Part shown: in pieces, positions 19,328 through 29,468 of the stretch | Position numbering within the stretch: position 1 is the stretch's first letter | Layout of the letters: each line of letters opens with the position of its first letter | IMG/VR virus record: IMGVR_UViG_3300028591_000082 | Length of the DNA stretch: 64,000 nucleotides | Strand: one strand, 5' to 3' | Origin: a virus | Taxonomy: Duplodnaviria > Caudoviricetes | Position numbers and translations under genes: made by a program | The notes under the pieces: model-generated | Seen by the model: only the letters and a program-made list of their open reading frames with translations | What the model was told of the DNA's origin: nothing | Database searches by the model: none

Positions 19328-19355
19328 ATTATCGGATTTTTTTGTGATAACTTAA
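19328..19355 (-). promoter_or_regulatory. Sigma28 (FliA)-type promoter for flagellin
   Basis: TTAA-N16-CCGATAAT versus consensus TAAA-N15-GCCGATAA. Confidence 0.75.
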
Positions 19356-19552
19356 ATACTTTTACTTCCATTACTTTTTCCAAACCAACCATCGCCAGAA
19401 CCAGTGGCAATACCATTCCATTCTAGCTTTCTAGTTAATTTGCTTCCACATTTACTGCAGATTTGTTTATGTTTTACTTCGTCATATTCATTTATTGGAA
19501 TGTCTTTTACTTCTTCGTTATCGCATTTACTGCAAATAAATGTGTACTCCAT
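19352..19552 (-). CDS. FmdB-like zinc-ribbon protein
   Basis: YTFICSKC...CSKCGS.L.R......GSGDGW. Confidence 0.7.
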   Translation of the reverse strand: MEYTFICSKCDNEEVKDIPINEYDEVKHKQICSKCGSKLTRKLEWNGIATGSGDGWFGKSNGSKSI

Positions 19553-19553
19553 A

Positions 19554-20102
19554 TTATTCTTCCTTTCCTATGTATGCAAGTGCTCTTTTTCTGTTTGCAT
19601 GTACTTTATCATAGTTAGGATAATCAATTTTATTACTTCCTCTTGAATGAGAATATATCTCAGGGAAGAAATAGCACATTGAACGAATTGTGAAAAAATC
19701 ATAAAGTGCAAGATCTTTATCTTTTACTTCTGGAATTGTTTCTGCTCCAGATGTTTCAGCAGCTTCACGATTTTTTAAAGCTCTTTCGAGTGCAAGTTTA
19801 ATTCCAACTGCAGGAATATCTCCGTCTTTATTTGATTTATATGCTACTCCAATATAAACCTTGTTATCTTTTCCCTTAATTGAAACCATTGTTCCACGAG
19901 GTCTGCTTCTTTCTGTTTGGAGTTTTTTACCTGATGAGTCAAGTTCTTTTCCAATGTATCCATCTCTGATACGAATAGAAACATACTTTTCTCCAGAAGC
20001 TCTAAAATCTTTCGCAAACTTAATTGCTTCATCACGAGCCTTTATTCTTGCTTCGCGTTCTTCTGCAGCTTTCTTCTTAGCTGCTTCAAGTTTTTCATTC
20101 AT
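19554..20102 (-). CDS. Hypothetical protein (paralog of 51271..51774)
   Basis: IRDGYIGK...RPRG motif. Confidence 0.6.
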   Translation of the reverse strand: MNEKLEAAKKKAAEEREARIKARDEAIKFAKDFRASGEKYVSIRIRDGYIGKELDSSGKKLQTERSRPRGTMVSIKGKDNKVYIGVAYKSNKDGDIPAVGIKLALERALKNREAAETSGAETIPEVKDKDLALYDFFTIRSMCYFFPEIYSHSRGSNKIDYPNYDKVHANRKRALAYIGKEE

Positions 20103-20496
20103 TTATTTTCTCCTTTTTTACATTCCAAATTTTGATTCAAATCCGATATATTTTTTTCTTATTTCTTCTTTTTGTTTTGTTGATACTGGTCCTCTATATA
20201 CAAGTTCCATATTTTTGCCATATATTAAAATATCATCACCCCAAAATACATAGCAACAGCATTCACTTAATAAATTATTTATATCCATTTTATCCCCTTC
20301 TTTTTATTATTATATTCTATTGCAGAATAATAAATAGATTCAAAAGCATACTTTTCTGCTGGACACTCGTTTGGATTTTGAAACATATAAAAATTCCATA
20401 ATGGATTTTTGTAATATTTACAATTATAAACGTATGGGCATGAAAAGCATTTAATATTTATTTTGTTTATTTTTTCTATATCCACAAAATTATCTT

Positions 20497-20961
20497 CTAG
20501 TTATAAAGCTTTAGGTTTCCAGTTATTGGATCAACCAAGCTAGAATAACAAGGTCCGATTGCAAGACAAGTTTTTGTTGGAACTCCGTTAAAACAAGTAT
20601 GTCCGTTATCTGTAATAAGACATACATTTAATTCAGCTTCTTCTGCTTTGTTATAAACATCTAACAATTCTTCTTCTGAATCAACGCAAACACAAATTTT
20701 TGTAAATTCGCCAGCAAGCCAATCTTTTGTAGCAGAATCAGCATATGCATTTTTTCTTATTTTATAAGCATATACATCTAAATGAAAATCTGTTTCTTCT
20801 AAACGAGAATCATACAATGCCTTAATTACTGCTCCAACAGCGGCATGAGAAGCTTGTGCAGCAATTTTTCCACGAGGCATTTTTAAATCTTTACGAACTA
20901 CTATAACCATTTTTGGTTTATCTTCTGATTCGTCTACTGGTACTTTCCATTCGTCACTCAT
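20497..20961 (-). CDS. pth2: Peptidyl-tRNA hydrolase Pth2
   Basis: KMVIVVRKDLKMPRGKIAAQASHA...KIC...ITDNGHT...T.TCLAIGP...ITG.LKL. Confidence 0.92.
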   Translation of the reverse strand: MSDEWKVPVDESEDKPKMVIVVRKDLKMPRGKIAAQASHAAVGAVIKALYDSRLEETDFHLDVYAYKIRKNAYADSATKDWLAGEFTKICVCVDSEEELLDVYNKAEEAELNVCLITDNGHTCFNGVPTKTCLAIGPCYSSLVDPITGNLKLYN

Positions 20962-21195
20962 TTAATCCCTCTTGTATTCAACAGTAAAAAAATTTGTTGA
21001 AATTGTAATATTATCATTTGTTGTAAAAATTAATCTTCCACAACAATAACTATATGATTTTATATCTGTAAATGTTGTATATTCGCCATTATAAATACAT
21101 TAAACTGTTACAGTTTCATCACTTTGTTCTAAACATCCAGTAAATCCAAAAATAGTTGCCAATACAAATAAAATAACAATTATTTTCTTTTTCAT
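20962..21195 (-). pseudogene. Lipoprotein gene with in-frame TAA at 21100-21102
   Basis: MKKKIIVILFVLATIFGFTGCLEQSDETVTV*CIYNGEY...VEYKRD*; frame continues to the Pth2 start. Confidence 0.6.
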
Positions 21196-21449
21196 TTGCC
21201 TTTTCCTATATAAGCCTTATACGGAAATAATTTTTTTAATGTTTCCAAATAACCAATTTCATTATATCTTAAATATTTTAATCTAAGATTTTCAAGTAAA
21301 ATAACATATTCATTTAAACTAGTAGATACAATTTCATCCAAAGAATCCCAAGATTGTACTGAGTGTTCTCCATCCCAATTAAAATCTTCTAATTCAATAG
21401 GTTTATTTATATCTATTGGAAATTCATCAATCTTTTTATTTCTTGGCAT
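21192..21449 (-). CDS. Hypothetical protein
   Basis: ORF with SD. Confidence 0.5.
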   Translation of the reverse strand: MPRNKKIDEFPIDINKPIELEDFNWDGEHSVQSWDSLDEIVSTSLNEYVILLENLRLKYLRYNEIGYLETLKKLFPYKAYIGKGK

Positions 21450-21506
21450 AACAATATCCTATAAAAATACCAACAAATATAAAATACAAAGTGTATCCCA
21501 ACATTT

Positions 21507-21950
21507 TTATTTTGCCTCTTTTAAAACTTTGTCTTTACCAACAATCGTTATTTTATTAGAACCAAATGTTCCTCTTAAAAGCATAGAACCAGCTCTAAAA
21601 TCTCTTGTAAATTCTTGTCCTACACTAACGCTGTTATAAAAATCTTTATCTACAGGAACTTGAAATGTATAAGCATTTACAGCATCTTTTAAATGTTCAG
21701 AAAGGTCTAAAGAAAAATGTGTTTGTCTTGCTTCAAATGTTACAATGTAATATACCATTTCTTTGTTTTCTGCAATACTTATTGCTTCTGAATTAAGCTT
21801 TTTTATTTTTGAATTAAGGCTGTTAATTTCTTCTTTTTTATTATCAATTGTTTGTTCAAGTTCTGCTATTCTTTCTTCAAGAACCTCATCTTTTGGTCTG
21901 CATCCAATAAACATAAAAGCAATTGCAAAAAGAAATAAAAATTTTTTCAT
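21507..21950 (-). CDS. Lipoprotein with coiled coil
   Basis: MKKFLFLFAIAFMFIGC lipobox. Confidence 0.65.
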   Translation of the reverse strand: MKKFLFLFAIAFMFIGCRPKDEVLEERIAELEQTIDNKKEEINSLNSKIKKLNSEAISIAENKEMVYYIVTFEARQTHFSLDLSEHLKDAVNAYTFQVPVDKDFYNSVSVGQEFTRDFRAGSMLLRGTFGSNKITIVGKDKVLKEAK

Positions 21951-21963
21951 AGTTTTCTCCATA

Positions 21964-22191
21964 TTATTTTTCAAGTTTTATAATTCCACCTTCAGATGGA
22001 ACAAGATATTCTGCACCAGTCTTTGTGTCAACAATAACATATAAACTCCACAAACTAGCTGCTTTATAAACTTCAAATCTTTCAATATATGGATTTTCAG
22101 AAGAATCATGTTCTTCTGAGCAGCTACTTAATCCAATAACAGACATTAAACAAATTAAAATAATTGTTAAAAATATAATAATTTTTTTCAT
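21964..22191 (-). CDS. Small lipoprotein
   Basis: MKKIIIF...GLSSC lipobox; YVIVDTKTGAEYL. Confidence 0.65.
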   Translation of the reverse strand: MKKIIIFLTIILICLMSVIGLSSCSEEHDSSENPYIERFEVYKAASLWSLYVIVDTKTGAEYLVPSEGGIIKLEK

Positions 22192-22214
22192 GATTATTTT
22201 TTTTCTCCATGTAT

Positions 22215-22250
22215 ATTATACACCAAAAAATATATTTTAGCAGGGTGCAA
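22215..22250 (-). promoter_or_regulatory. Phage-specific promoter TTGCACCCTG-N20-TATAAT (copy 1)
   Basis: Same 36-nt geometry in four copies. Confidence 0.7.
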
Positions 22251-23061
22251 AAATTTCGTGTTTATTTTCAAAATTGTTATTGTGGCTAATCATTCTTTCT
22301 AATCCAATTTTGAAATAATTACTATCTTTTTCTATACCTATAAAATCTCTATTTGTATTCATACAAGCAATACCAGTTGAGAAACTTCCAGCTGTAAAAT
22401 CTAAAACTGTTTCACCTTCTGACGAATATGTGTTTATTAAATACTCAAGAAGCTCTACTGGTTTTTGTGTTGGGTGAATGACTTCTCTTGTACCAATAGA
22501 AGGAAATTTTAATATGTTTGTTGGAAAACCAGTAAATCCTTCATATTCTTTCCCTTCTTGAAACTCTCTTCTTCCAAGAATATTTCCATGCTTGTTTTTA
22601 GTTACCGTTTTAACACCATCACTTTCTACTCCTTGAGGATTATAAATCATTCTATTATCTCTAAGTTGAGAAAGATGACCAACATTAGCATTACTAAACA
22701 TACTAATGTTTTCTGTAATGCTCATTGGTCTATTTTTTGCGTGTTGAAAACCAGTTGGGCGAGACTTTTCCCAAATCCAATCATATTTGTAATTATCTAT
22801 ATTTGAACTTCTTAATAAAGTAGAAAATGGTTCAGTTCCAAATAATGCAATTGCGCCATTATGTTTTATAATTCTATTTAATTGTTGCCACATTTCCTCA
22901 AATGGAATTATAACATCCCATTTACATCTTATAGATCCATATGGTGGATCTGTAAGAATAAAATCAATTGAATTATCTGGAATTGTTTTAAGTATTTCTA
23001 AACAATCATTATTGTGAATTACTGCTTTCAAAGAATACTTCTCCCATTTGTATATACACAA
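22237..23061 (-). CDS. DNA N4/N6 methyltransferase (beta class); probable TTG start at 23031
   Basis: TDPPYG, HPTQKP..L, VLDFTAGSFSTG. Confidence 0.92.
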   Translation of the reverse strand: MCIYKWEKYSLKAVIHNNDCLEILKTIPDNSIDFILTDPPYGSIRCKWDVIIPFEEMWQQLNRIIKHNGAIALFGTEPFSTLLRSSNIDNYKYDWIWEKSRPTGFQHAKNRPMSITENISMFSNANVGHLSQLRDNRMIYNPQGVESDGVKTVTKNKHGNILGRREFQEGKEYEGFTGFPTNILKFPSIGTREVIHPTQKPVELLEYLINTYSSEGETVLDFTAGSFSTGIACMNTNRDFIGIEKDSNYFKIGLERMISHNNNFENKHEIFAPC

Positions 23062-23377
23062 TACTTTTTATTATTTTGAATTTACCGAAACAAGCAAGTC
23101 TTTCACCGATTTTTGGTATAAACTTTTCGTTCTTTTGGCAAAGAACTGGTGGTACTAATTCTCCATCTAGTGTCCTAACCCCAAGAACATCTACTCTTTC
23201 ACTTAGTGGTTTAATTCCTTCTATTATACCTACAAAGTATACAAGATTAGTTATTTTGCCAAGCTCTTTAAGTATATCACTATTTAGAAGTTGCTGATGA
23301 TTTTCTAGTTTTCTTTTTTGTTCCTGCTGTTCCAGTACTTCCGAACCCTGCTTTTCCTCTACCGTCGTTATTCTCAT
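23009..23377 (-). CDS. Hypothetical, possible OB-fold protein (start uncertain)
   Basis: VG.I..IKP...VD.L.V......V...K.E....GE...F pattern. Confidence 0.35.
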   Translation of the reverse strand: MRITTVEEKQGSEVLEQQEQKRKLENHQQLLNSDILKELGKITNLVYFVGIIEGIKPLSERVDVLGVRTLDGELVPPVLCQKNEKFIPKIGERLACFGKFKIIKSIVYIQMGEVFFESSNSQ

Positions 23378-23774
23378 CCGTAAACTCCTTTACTTCTTCT
23401 ACTGAATCTATGATAGGAATAAGATGTGGCACTAATTGTGCTATTTTATCTCCTGCAGATATCTTTATAGGGAAGAATGAATTGTTTTTAAGAACAACAC
23501 CAATATCTCCAGTATATCCCTGGTCTACAACACCGCCCATAGGTTGAAGACCTTTTTTCTTTGCATTACCAGAAGTACCTTCTACTTTTGCAAAGAATTT
23601 GAATCCTTTTGGGATATCTCTAGCTTGAACAGCTATATTTGTAGGAATAAATGCTCTGCGTTTTCCCCAAATAAAAATAGGATCTGCTGCATAAAGATCA
23701 TATCCAGCATCAAGCTCATGTTCTTTATAAGGAATCTTTCCTTTTTCTGATAATTTTTTAAATAAAAGCTTCAT
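23280..23774 (-). CDS. dut: Trimeric dUTPase
   Basis: DAGYDL, GVVDQGYTGDI, GDKIAQL, RGKAGFGSTG. Confidence 0.93.
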   Translation of the reverse strand: MKLLFKKLSEKGKIPYKEHELDAGYDLYAADPIFIWGKRRAFIPTNIAVQARDIPKGFKFFAKVEGTSGNAKKKGLQPMGGVVDQGYTGDIGVVLKNNSFFPIKISAGDKIAQLVPHLIPIIDSVEEVKEFTDENNDGRGKAGFGSTGTAGTKKKTRKSSATSK

Positions 23775-23848
23775 TATTTTCCTCTTAAAAAAATTATAAA
23801 ATATTTTAAGTTATAAGTCAAGAAAAGTTAATCCTATAGGAGCGAACA

Positions 23849-26140
23849 ATGGTAAGCTTTAAAGAATTTTTATTAATGGAAGAAGAGAAAAAAATAAAAA
23901 ATGAAAATAATATAGTTAAAAAATTAAATGGAATTAACGATACACTTGGAAGACTTGGTGCTGAAGATAATAAAAAAGAATGTATAGCCACACTTACAAA
24001 AAGTAAAAACTACAAGCAAATATTACCATATTTGTGTTTTATTTATTTTGCTAGTAGCAAAAAAACTTTTTTAGAGAAAAAAATTAATTCAAAAGACAGT
24101 GATGGCAAATATATATATAATAACATAAGAAAGTGTTTAAGTCGTAATGGTGGAAATTCTTTAGTAAGCACATTTGATGAAATATATGAAAAATATAATG
24201 ATGAATTAAGTAAAGTTGCAACAATTGATGATCTTATTGGCATTTTTGATAAAAATATTAATAAAATGTTAATAAATGATTCAATGAATGATATTTCATT
24301 CAGAGAAAAAAAGGAAGATCTTATCACAAAAATAGATCGAGAAGCACTTAGTGACGAAGATAAAAGAGCACTTGAAGAAATAGAAAACAAAAATAATGTT
24401 AATAATAAAGACATTAATGATTTAGAAGAATTAATAAACAAATCAAAATCACATGATGCAAATTCAAACCAAGCACAAAATGATGAAAATAAAGATGCTC
24501 CAAAAGATACTCCAAAAGATGAAACAGAAGAAAATCAAAAAGAAGATGATAACCAAAAAGTAAATACTTCATCTTTATCTTCTTCATTTTCTGAAGATGA
24601 TTGGGAAACTCTTTTTAAAGAAAAAAACGAAGCAAAAATAGAAAAAATACTTAATAAAGTTGCAGGCAATACCATTTCAAAAATGGAGAAAATACTTAAT
24701 GATAGAGCATCACAAGTATTAAAAGACAAAGATTTAATGGAAGAAGATGCTCAAGAAGAATTGTGGAATGTAATTAACGAAAAAATAAATCTTGGTAATG
24801 GCTCATACTTGGAAAGAGATAAAGGAAAATCTGTTAATATGTATAAAGATGGAAGTGTTGGCAAAAATGATGATGGAAGTATAAATGCTGGAAATGCTAA
24901 CAAAACTTTTGAACATTACAAACAAGAAATAGAGTATATGACATCAAACGTTGCTGGAAGAATTGCAGAAATAAATGGAAGTAGAAGCTTTAACTCAAGT
25001 AATGGAAAACTAAATAAATTAAGAAATCAAGTTCGTTCTGTAGTTCTTGACTACCACAATGAATTATTGGATATAAAAAATGAATTTGATAAAAAAATAT
25101 CAAAAGTTGGTTTATTCCAAAAAAATAAAATAAATAAAGCTAGACAAAAAGAAAAAGATGATGAGCGTTTTAATTCATCAGAACAAGGTGAAATGTATGG
25201 TAGTGCTTTGAAAGAAAAAACAAATCAGATTTATAACGCATTTAATTCAACACTTAAACGTTCACAAGTAAAGACATTTGATGATATGGTAGCAAAACAA
25301 ATTGCAACTTTAGCTGCATCTTCTATGGATGCAAAATCTTTTGCAAAATCTTGTATGTTTAAAAGAGTTCTTACAGAAGATGGCAAAACAATATTTGTTT
25401 TAAAATATTTATCAAACAAAGGAATTAAAATACCATTATTTGATGGAAAGGATCATAAACAATCTGGTCTTGATGCCAAAGCATATTCTGATGCATTTAA
25501 TAAATTTAAACAAGAACTTGCAGATAATGAAAAATATAGTAATGATTCTGTAATAAAAAATCTTGTAGATGCTATAAATAAAGAAACACCTCAAAATAAG
25601 GCTAATACTGAAGGATTAGATACAGAAGCCAATCTTATAAGAAAAGCTTTAAAAAGAGATCAGCCACAAGATGAGAATAATGATCAATCTACAAATGAAG
25701 GAAATAACCAGAATAGTCAAAATAATAATTCTGAAAATAATGATAAATTTAAACTACCAAATGGAAAATTACCAGAAACACCAGAAGAAGTAGACGAATT
25801 ATTAAAGACTGGAAAAATATCACAATCAGATGCAAATGATTTAAAACAGCAAATAGCTAATAATAAATTAAGAGATGAAGGAAAATTATTAGATAAAGCA
25901 TTAAGTGAATTAAACGGCGATAACGTAAACGATCAAAATAAACTAAATGAAATAATAAGAAAATATAATCTTTATGGAAAAGATTTAAAGAAATTCAATG
26001 AGCAAGTTCAAGCATATAACGATCCTAGATATAATTCTACCGTTACAACAAAAGCTTGTGATGGTCTTCCAATAGGAGCTAGAAAATATTCTAGGGCTAT
26101 TAGAAGAAGAATGAATTATGCATTAAATAAATATATGTAA
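23849..26140 (+). CDS. Large putative internal head protein
   Basis: MVSFKEFLLMEE N-terminus resembles T4-like capsid-targeting propeptides; late motif upstream. Confidence 0.5.
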   Translation: MVSFKEFLLMEEEKKIKNENNIVKKLNGINDTLGRLGAEDNKKECIATLTKSKNYKQILPYLCFIYFASSKKTFLEKKINSKDSDGKYIYNNIRKCLSRNGGNSLVSTFDEIYEKYNDELSKVATIDDLIGIFDKNINKMLINDSMNDISFREKKEDLITKIDREALSDEDKRALEEIENKNNVNNKDINDLEELINKSKSHDANSNQAQNDENKDAPKDTPKDETEENQKEDDNQKVNTSSLSSSFSEDDWETLFKEKNEAKIEKILNKVAGNTISKMEKILNDRASQVLKDKDLMEEDAQEELWNVINEKINLGNGSYLERDKGKSVNMYKDGSVGKNDDGSINAGNANKTFEHYKQEIEYMTSNVAGRIAEINGSRSFNSSNGKLNKLRNQVRSVVLDYHNELLDIKNEFDKKISKVGLFQKNKINKARQKEKDDERFNSSEQGEMYGSALKEKTNQIYNAFNSTLKRSQVKTFDDMVAKQIATLAASSMDAKSFAKSCMFKRVLTEDGKTIFVLKYLSNKGIKIPLFDGKDHKQSGLDAKAYSDAFNKFKQELADNEKYSNDSVIKNLVDAINKETPQNKANTEGLDTEANLIRKALKRDQPQDENNDQSTNEGNNQNSQNNNSENNDKFKLPNGKLPETPEEVDELLKTGKISQSDANDLKQQIANNKLRDEGKLLDKALSELNGDNVNDQNKLNEIIRKYNLYGKDLKKFNEQVQAYNDPRYNSTVTTKACDGLPIGARKYSRAIRRRMNYALNKYM

Positions 26141-26144
26141 AATT

Positions 26145-26171
26145 AAAGCCGCTCGAATGAGCGGCTTTTTT
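26145..26171. terminator. Bidirectional terminator
   Basis: AAAGCCGCTC-gaat-GAGCGGCTTTTTT. Confidence 0.8.
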
Positions 26172-26172
26172 G

Positions 26173-28317
26173 TTATTCTTTTATAACTGAAAATTCATTT
26201 TCATCCCAAGATATTTCTATTTTATTTTCTATAAGTTCTTTAACATTATCATTATGACTTATTACATAAACAGTTGAATCTGTAAAGCCTTGAAGAACAC
26301 TTAATGCAGCTTTGATACCGTATATATCAAGACCGTCATCAATCATTTCATCAACCATAAGAATATTATTGCAATTTGAGTAATAATATCTACTTAATTC
26401 AAATAAAGCAAACGCTATTGCAAGCTCCGCTCTTGTTTTTTGTCCTTTACTCAAACTTTTATAACTAATTTTTTCTCCATCCATTTCTATTGAATCATTT
26501 AAATCTTTATCAAAAGAAATTGAAAGATTATTACTACTAAAAAAGAATGGAATAAATTTATTTATATTCTCATTAAATGTATCTATCATTTCTCCAATAA
26601 AATATTTTTTAAATCCTCCAGATTTATTAGAGAAACAATCAGCAAGATATTCATAATATTTTTCATCTTCTTCAAAAGAAGATTTTTCATTTGTTAGTTT
26701 GTCTAATTCTTTTGCTTTTTCTTCTATTATTTTTTCATTTTTTTCTACAAAAGATTTATCATAAGCAGTTGATACAGAACCAAGAATCGATGCAATATCA
26801 ATATCGCATTGAGATATTTCTTTATCTATTTTTTCTAATTCATTGCTTATATTATCAAGCTCTTCTATTGTCCATTTTGTATTGCTATCGCCAGAATATT
26901 TATCAATAGTCTCTTTCATTCTTGCGAGATCTGCTTCAACTATTTCATTTCCAGTTTTAATTATTTCATTACTTTCTTCTATACTTTTTATTTCTGTAGA
27001 ATATTTAATAAATTTTTCTTTAAGAATAGCAGAATTATTTATACAATTTTCTAAAATAATATTATCAATTTTTTCTTTTAATTCTATGCATTCTTTTTTT
27101 ATTTTTTGAATTTCTGCAGAATTATCAGAATTATTTAATATTACCATTTCTGCAGATAATTCTTCTTTTCTTTTTTCATATTCATTTTTTTGCCTATCAG
27201 ATTCTTCTTTTCCTATTGGTTGATGGCAAGTAGGACAAATACCTATTTCAATTTTAGAAATTTTACTTTCTAAATCTTCTATTTCTTTTTGAATGTTTTT
27301 CTTTTTATCGTCTCTATTATCATCTTCTTTTTTAAGAAGTTCTGCTTTATTTGCTTTTTCTTTTAATTCAGATAAAAGCTTTTCTTTTTCTTCAGAAAGA
27401 GCTTTATTTTTTTCTTCTTTTTTTATTTCTGCATCAAAATCTATTCCAGTATATTTTTCTACAAAATCTATTGCTTCATAAGAAGCAACTTTAGAATCTT
27501 TTAAATCTTTTTTTCTTTCTTCATAAGATTTTTTAAGTTCTTCTAATGCTTCTTTATTTGAGAGAATTTCTTTTTCTTTTTCAATATCTATTGTTGATAA
27601 TTCATTTTTTCTTTCAATAAGAATTTCTTTTTTTTCTTCTACTTCTGTTTTTTTCTTTTTCAATTCAAGAAGTTTATTTTTTGCAGATTGTTTATATTCA
27701 ACAATAGATTCATTAAGAGAAGATATTTCAGATGATTTTGCAGTACATTTAGATTGAGATTCTGTAAGTAATTTCTTTGTATCCTTTATTAAATCTTTTG
27801 TTTTTGCATAAAAAGCAGTAATTTGTTTTAAATCCAAAAGATTTTCCATTACAACAAGTCTGTCTTTATTATCTGCGTCTAAAAATTTATTATAAAGAGT
27901 TGAAGAAAATATTGATGAATTTACAAAAGTAATATAATTAAATCCAAGAATATCTTGGATCTTTTGATTTGCTTCTGTTGCAGTATGAGGAGTTTTATCT
28001 TCGTCATTTATAAATATGAGAATATTATTTTTTTGAAGTGTGTGCTGGCGATATCTGATTATTTTATATTCATTTTTTCCATCAGTAAAAGTTACAGAAA
28101 CCTTACAATCTTTTTTTGTCTTTCTGTTTACAACATCATCAACAACATCTTGTCTTGTTTTACCAAATAAACACCAAACTATAGCTTCAATAATAGTAGA
28201 TTTTCCATAGCCATTATTTCCATAAATTGACCATATGCCTCCTCTATCAAGCTTGAATGTTTGCTCGTTATTTCCATATCTATAAAAATTTTTTAAAGCA
28301 ACTTCTTTAAATAACAC
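26173..28317 (-). CDS. sbcC: SbcC/Rad50/gp46 recombination ATPase
   Basis: GNNGYGKST Walker A, CPTC zinc hook, LSKGQ signature, ILMVDE, VISH. Confidence 0.93.
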   Translation of the reverse strand: MLFKEVALKNFYRYGNNEQTFKLDRGGIWSIYGNNGYGKSTIIEAIVWCLFGKTRQDVVDDVVNRKTKKDCKVSVTFTDGKNEYKIIRYRQHTLQKNNILIFINDEDKTPHTATEANQKIQDILGFNYITFVNSSIFSSTLYNKFLDADNKDRLVVMENLLDLKQITAFYAKTKDLIKDTKKLLTESQSKCTAKSSEISSLNESIVEYKQSAKNKLLELKKKKTEVEEKKEILIERKNELSTIDIEKEKEILSNKEALEELKKSYEERKKDLKDSKVASYEAIDFVEKYTGIDFDAEIKKEEKNKALSEEKEKLLSELKEKANKAELLKKEDDNRDDKKKNIQKEIEDLESKISKIEIGICPTCHQPIGKEESDRQKNEYEKRKEELSAEMVILNNSDNSAEIQKIKKECIELKEKIDNIILENCINNSAILKEKFIKYSTEIKSIEESNEIIKTGNEIVEADLARMKETIDKYSGDSNTKWTIEELDNISNELEKIDKEISQCDIDIASILGSVSTAYDKSFVEKNEKIIEEKAKELDKLTNEKSSFEEDEKYYEYLADCFSNKSGGFKKYFIGEMIDTFNENINKFIPFFFSSNNLSISFDKDLNDSIEMDGEKISYKSLSKGQKTRAELAIAFALFELSRYYYSNCNNILMVDEMIDDGLDIYGIKAALSVLQGFTDSTVYVISHNDNVKELIENKIEISWDENEFSVIKE

Positions 28318-28326
28318 TTACTTCTC

Positions 28327-29310
28327 CTACATAGATTTTAAAACTTTTTCAAAATATTTTAAAAGTTTACTATTATCAATTCCTTCTGCTTTTGTTTCTT
28401 TTAAATATTTTGTCATTCCAACACTAACACTTTCTGTAGAAGATATTGTATGAACTCCAACATCTTGTGGAGTTTCTTCTTTTATAAATTCTGGTTCTAC
28501 AGAAATACAGCCTTTAGAATACATTATGTCTCTAAGTTTTACAAAATTTTCAACTTTTTTAGATATTCTGATTGTTATCATTTTATTAGAAAAATCTAAA
28601 TCTTCATTAAATTGCTCTGCGTTTATTATCATATATTTTGGAGCATCTTCGTATCTTACAAGTTCATAAGTTGCTGGTCTATCTGGCTCAGCATAGACCA
28701 CGCAGAAATAATTTTCTTTACCCATTTCATCTTTTCGTGTTTCGTATGGAGAACCAATAAAAAGCATATTTTTTCCTTCTTGCTTTTTGTGTAAATGCCC
28801 AGAAACTACAAGTTCATAATTTTCAAATAAATCTTCTGTAAAAAGAGAACCTTCAACTTTTTTCTTGGCATTAAAATAATAACCCTCTACTTCAAGATGT
28901 CCAAATAAAATTCTTCCTTCGTTTGGAATATCAGATACATCTTCTGTGTAAGCTAAGAAATCACAAGGAACTCCATCTATATCTATTGTTTGAGATTTTT
29001 TAATAAAAGTTGAGAATGCACAGAATGTTTCTGCAAGACAATCATTATCATTTGACATTATATCATGATTGCCTGGAAAAACATAAAGATGAAATTCTTT
29101 GCTCATTTCAAATAATTTCATAAATACAGGAACAAATGCCTGATTTTTTATTGAATTTGCTGTGTCGAAAATATCACCACCAAAAATAATATTTGGAATA
29201 TTATGTTCTCTACAATATTCTTGCAAATAATCTAAGAAGTTTAGTCCTTCCATAATTCTTATATTATTTTTTGCCGTGAAATGTAAATCACTACAAAATG
29301 CTGCTTTCAT
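28327..29310 (-). CDS. sbcD: SbcD/Mre11/gp47 nuclease
   Basis: SDLH, GGDIFD, GNHD, GH, SGHLH, GSPY. Confidence 0.92.
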   Translation of the reverse strand: MKAAFCSDLHFTAKNNIRIMEGLNFLDYLQEYCREHNIPNIIFGGDIFDTANSIKNQAFVPVFMKLFEMSKEFHLYVFPGNHDIMSNDNDCLAETFCAFSTFIKKSQTIDIDGVPCDFLAYTEDVSDIPNEGRILFGHLEVEGYYFNAKKKVEGSLFTEDLFENYELVVSGHLHKKQEGKNMLFIGSPYETRKDEMGKENYFCVVYAEPDRPATYELVRYEDAPKYMIINAEQFNEDLDFSNKMITIRISKKVENFVKLRDIMYSKGCISVEPEFIKEETPQDVGVHTISSTESVSVGMTKYLKETKAEGIDNSKLLKYFEKVLKSM

Positions 29311-29468
29311 AAATATATTATACCTATTGTTTTTATTAATGTCAAGAAAAAAAGAAGCATTGAAAAATATACTCTGATGTTCTAATCTAGAGTTAACTAT
29401 GATAGGAAACTATCAAACTCCTTTTTCTTTTTTCTTTTCTTGGGTGGTAGAAATACCACCCTTTTTAT

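Noticed and set aside
18453-19355. Host chromosomal contamination or prophage boundary at flagellin
   Set aside because: Both flanks are phage-type genes, the promoter overlaps the stop of the upstream phage ORF, and no other flagellar or housekeeping genes, integrase or att-like site were seen. Read-level confirmation is still needed.
22241-22250. Sigma54 promoter reading of TTGCAC
   Set aside because: There is no GG-N10-GC arrangement; the motif is instead rigidly linked to a TATAAT box.
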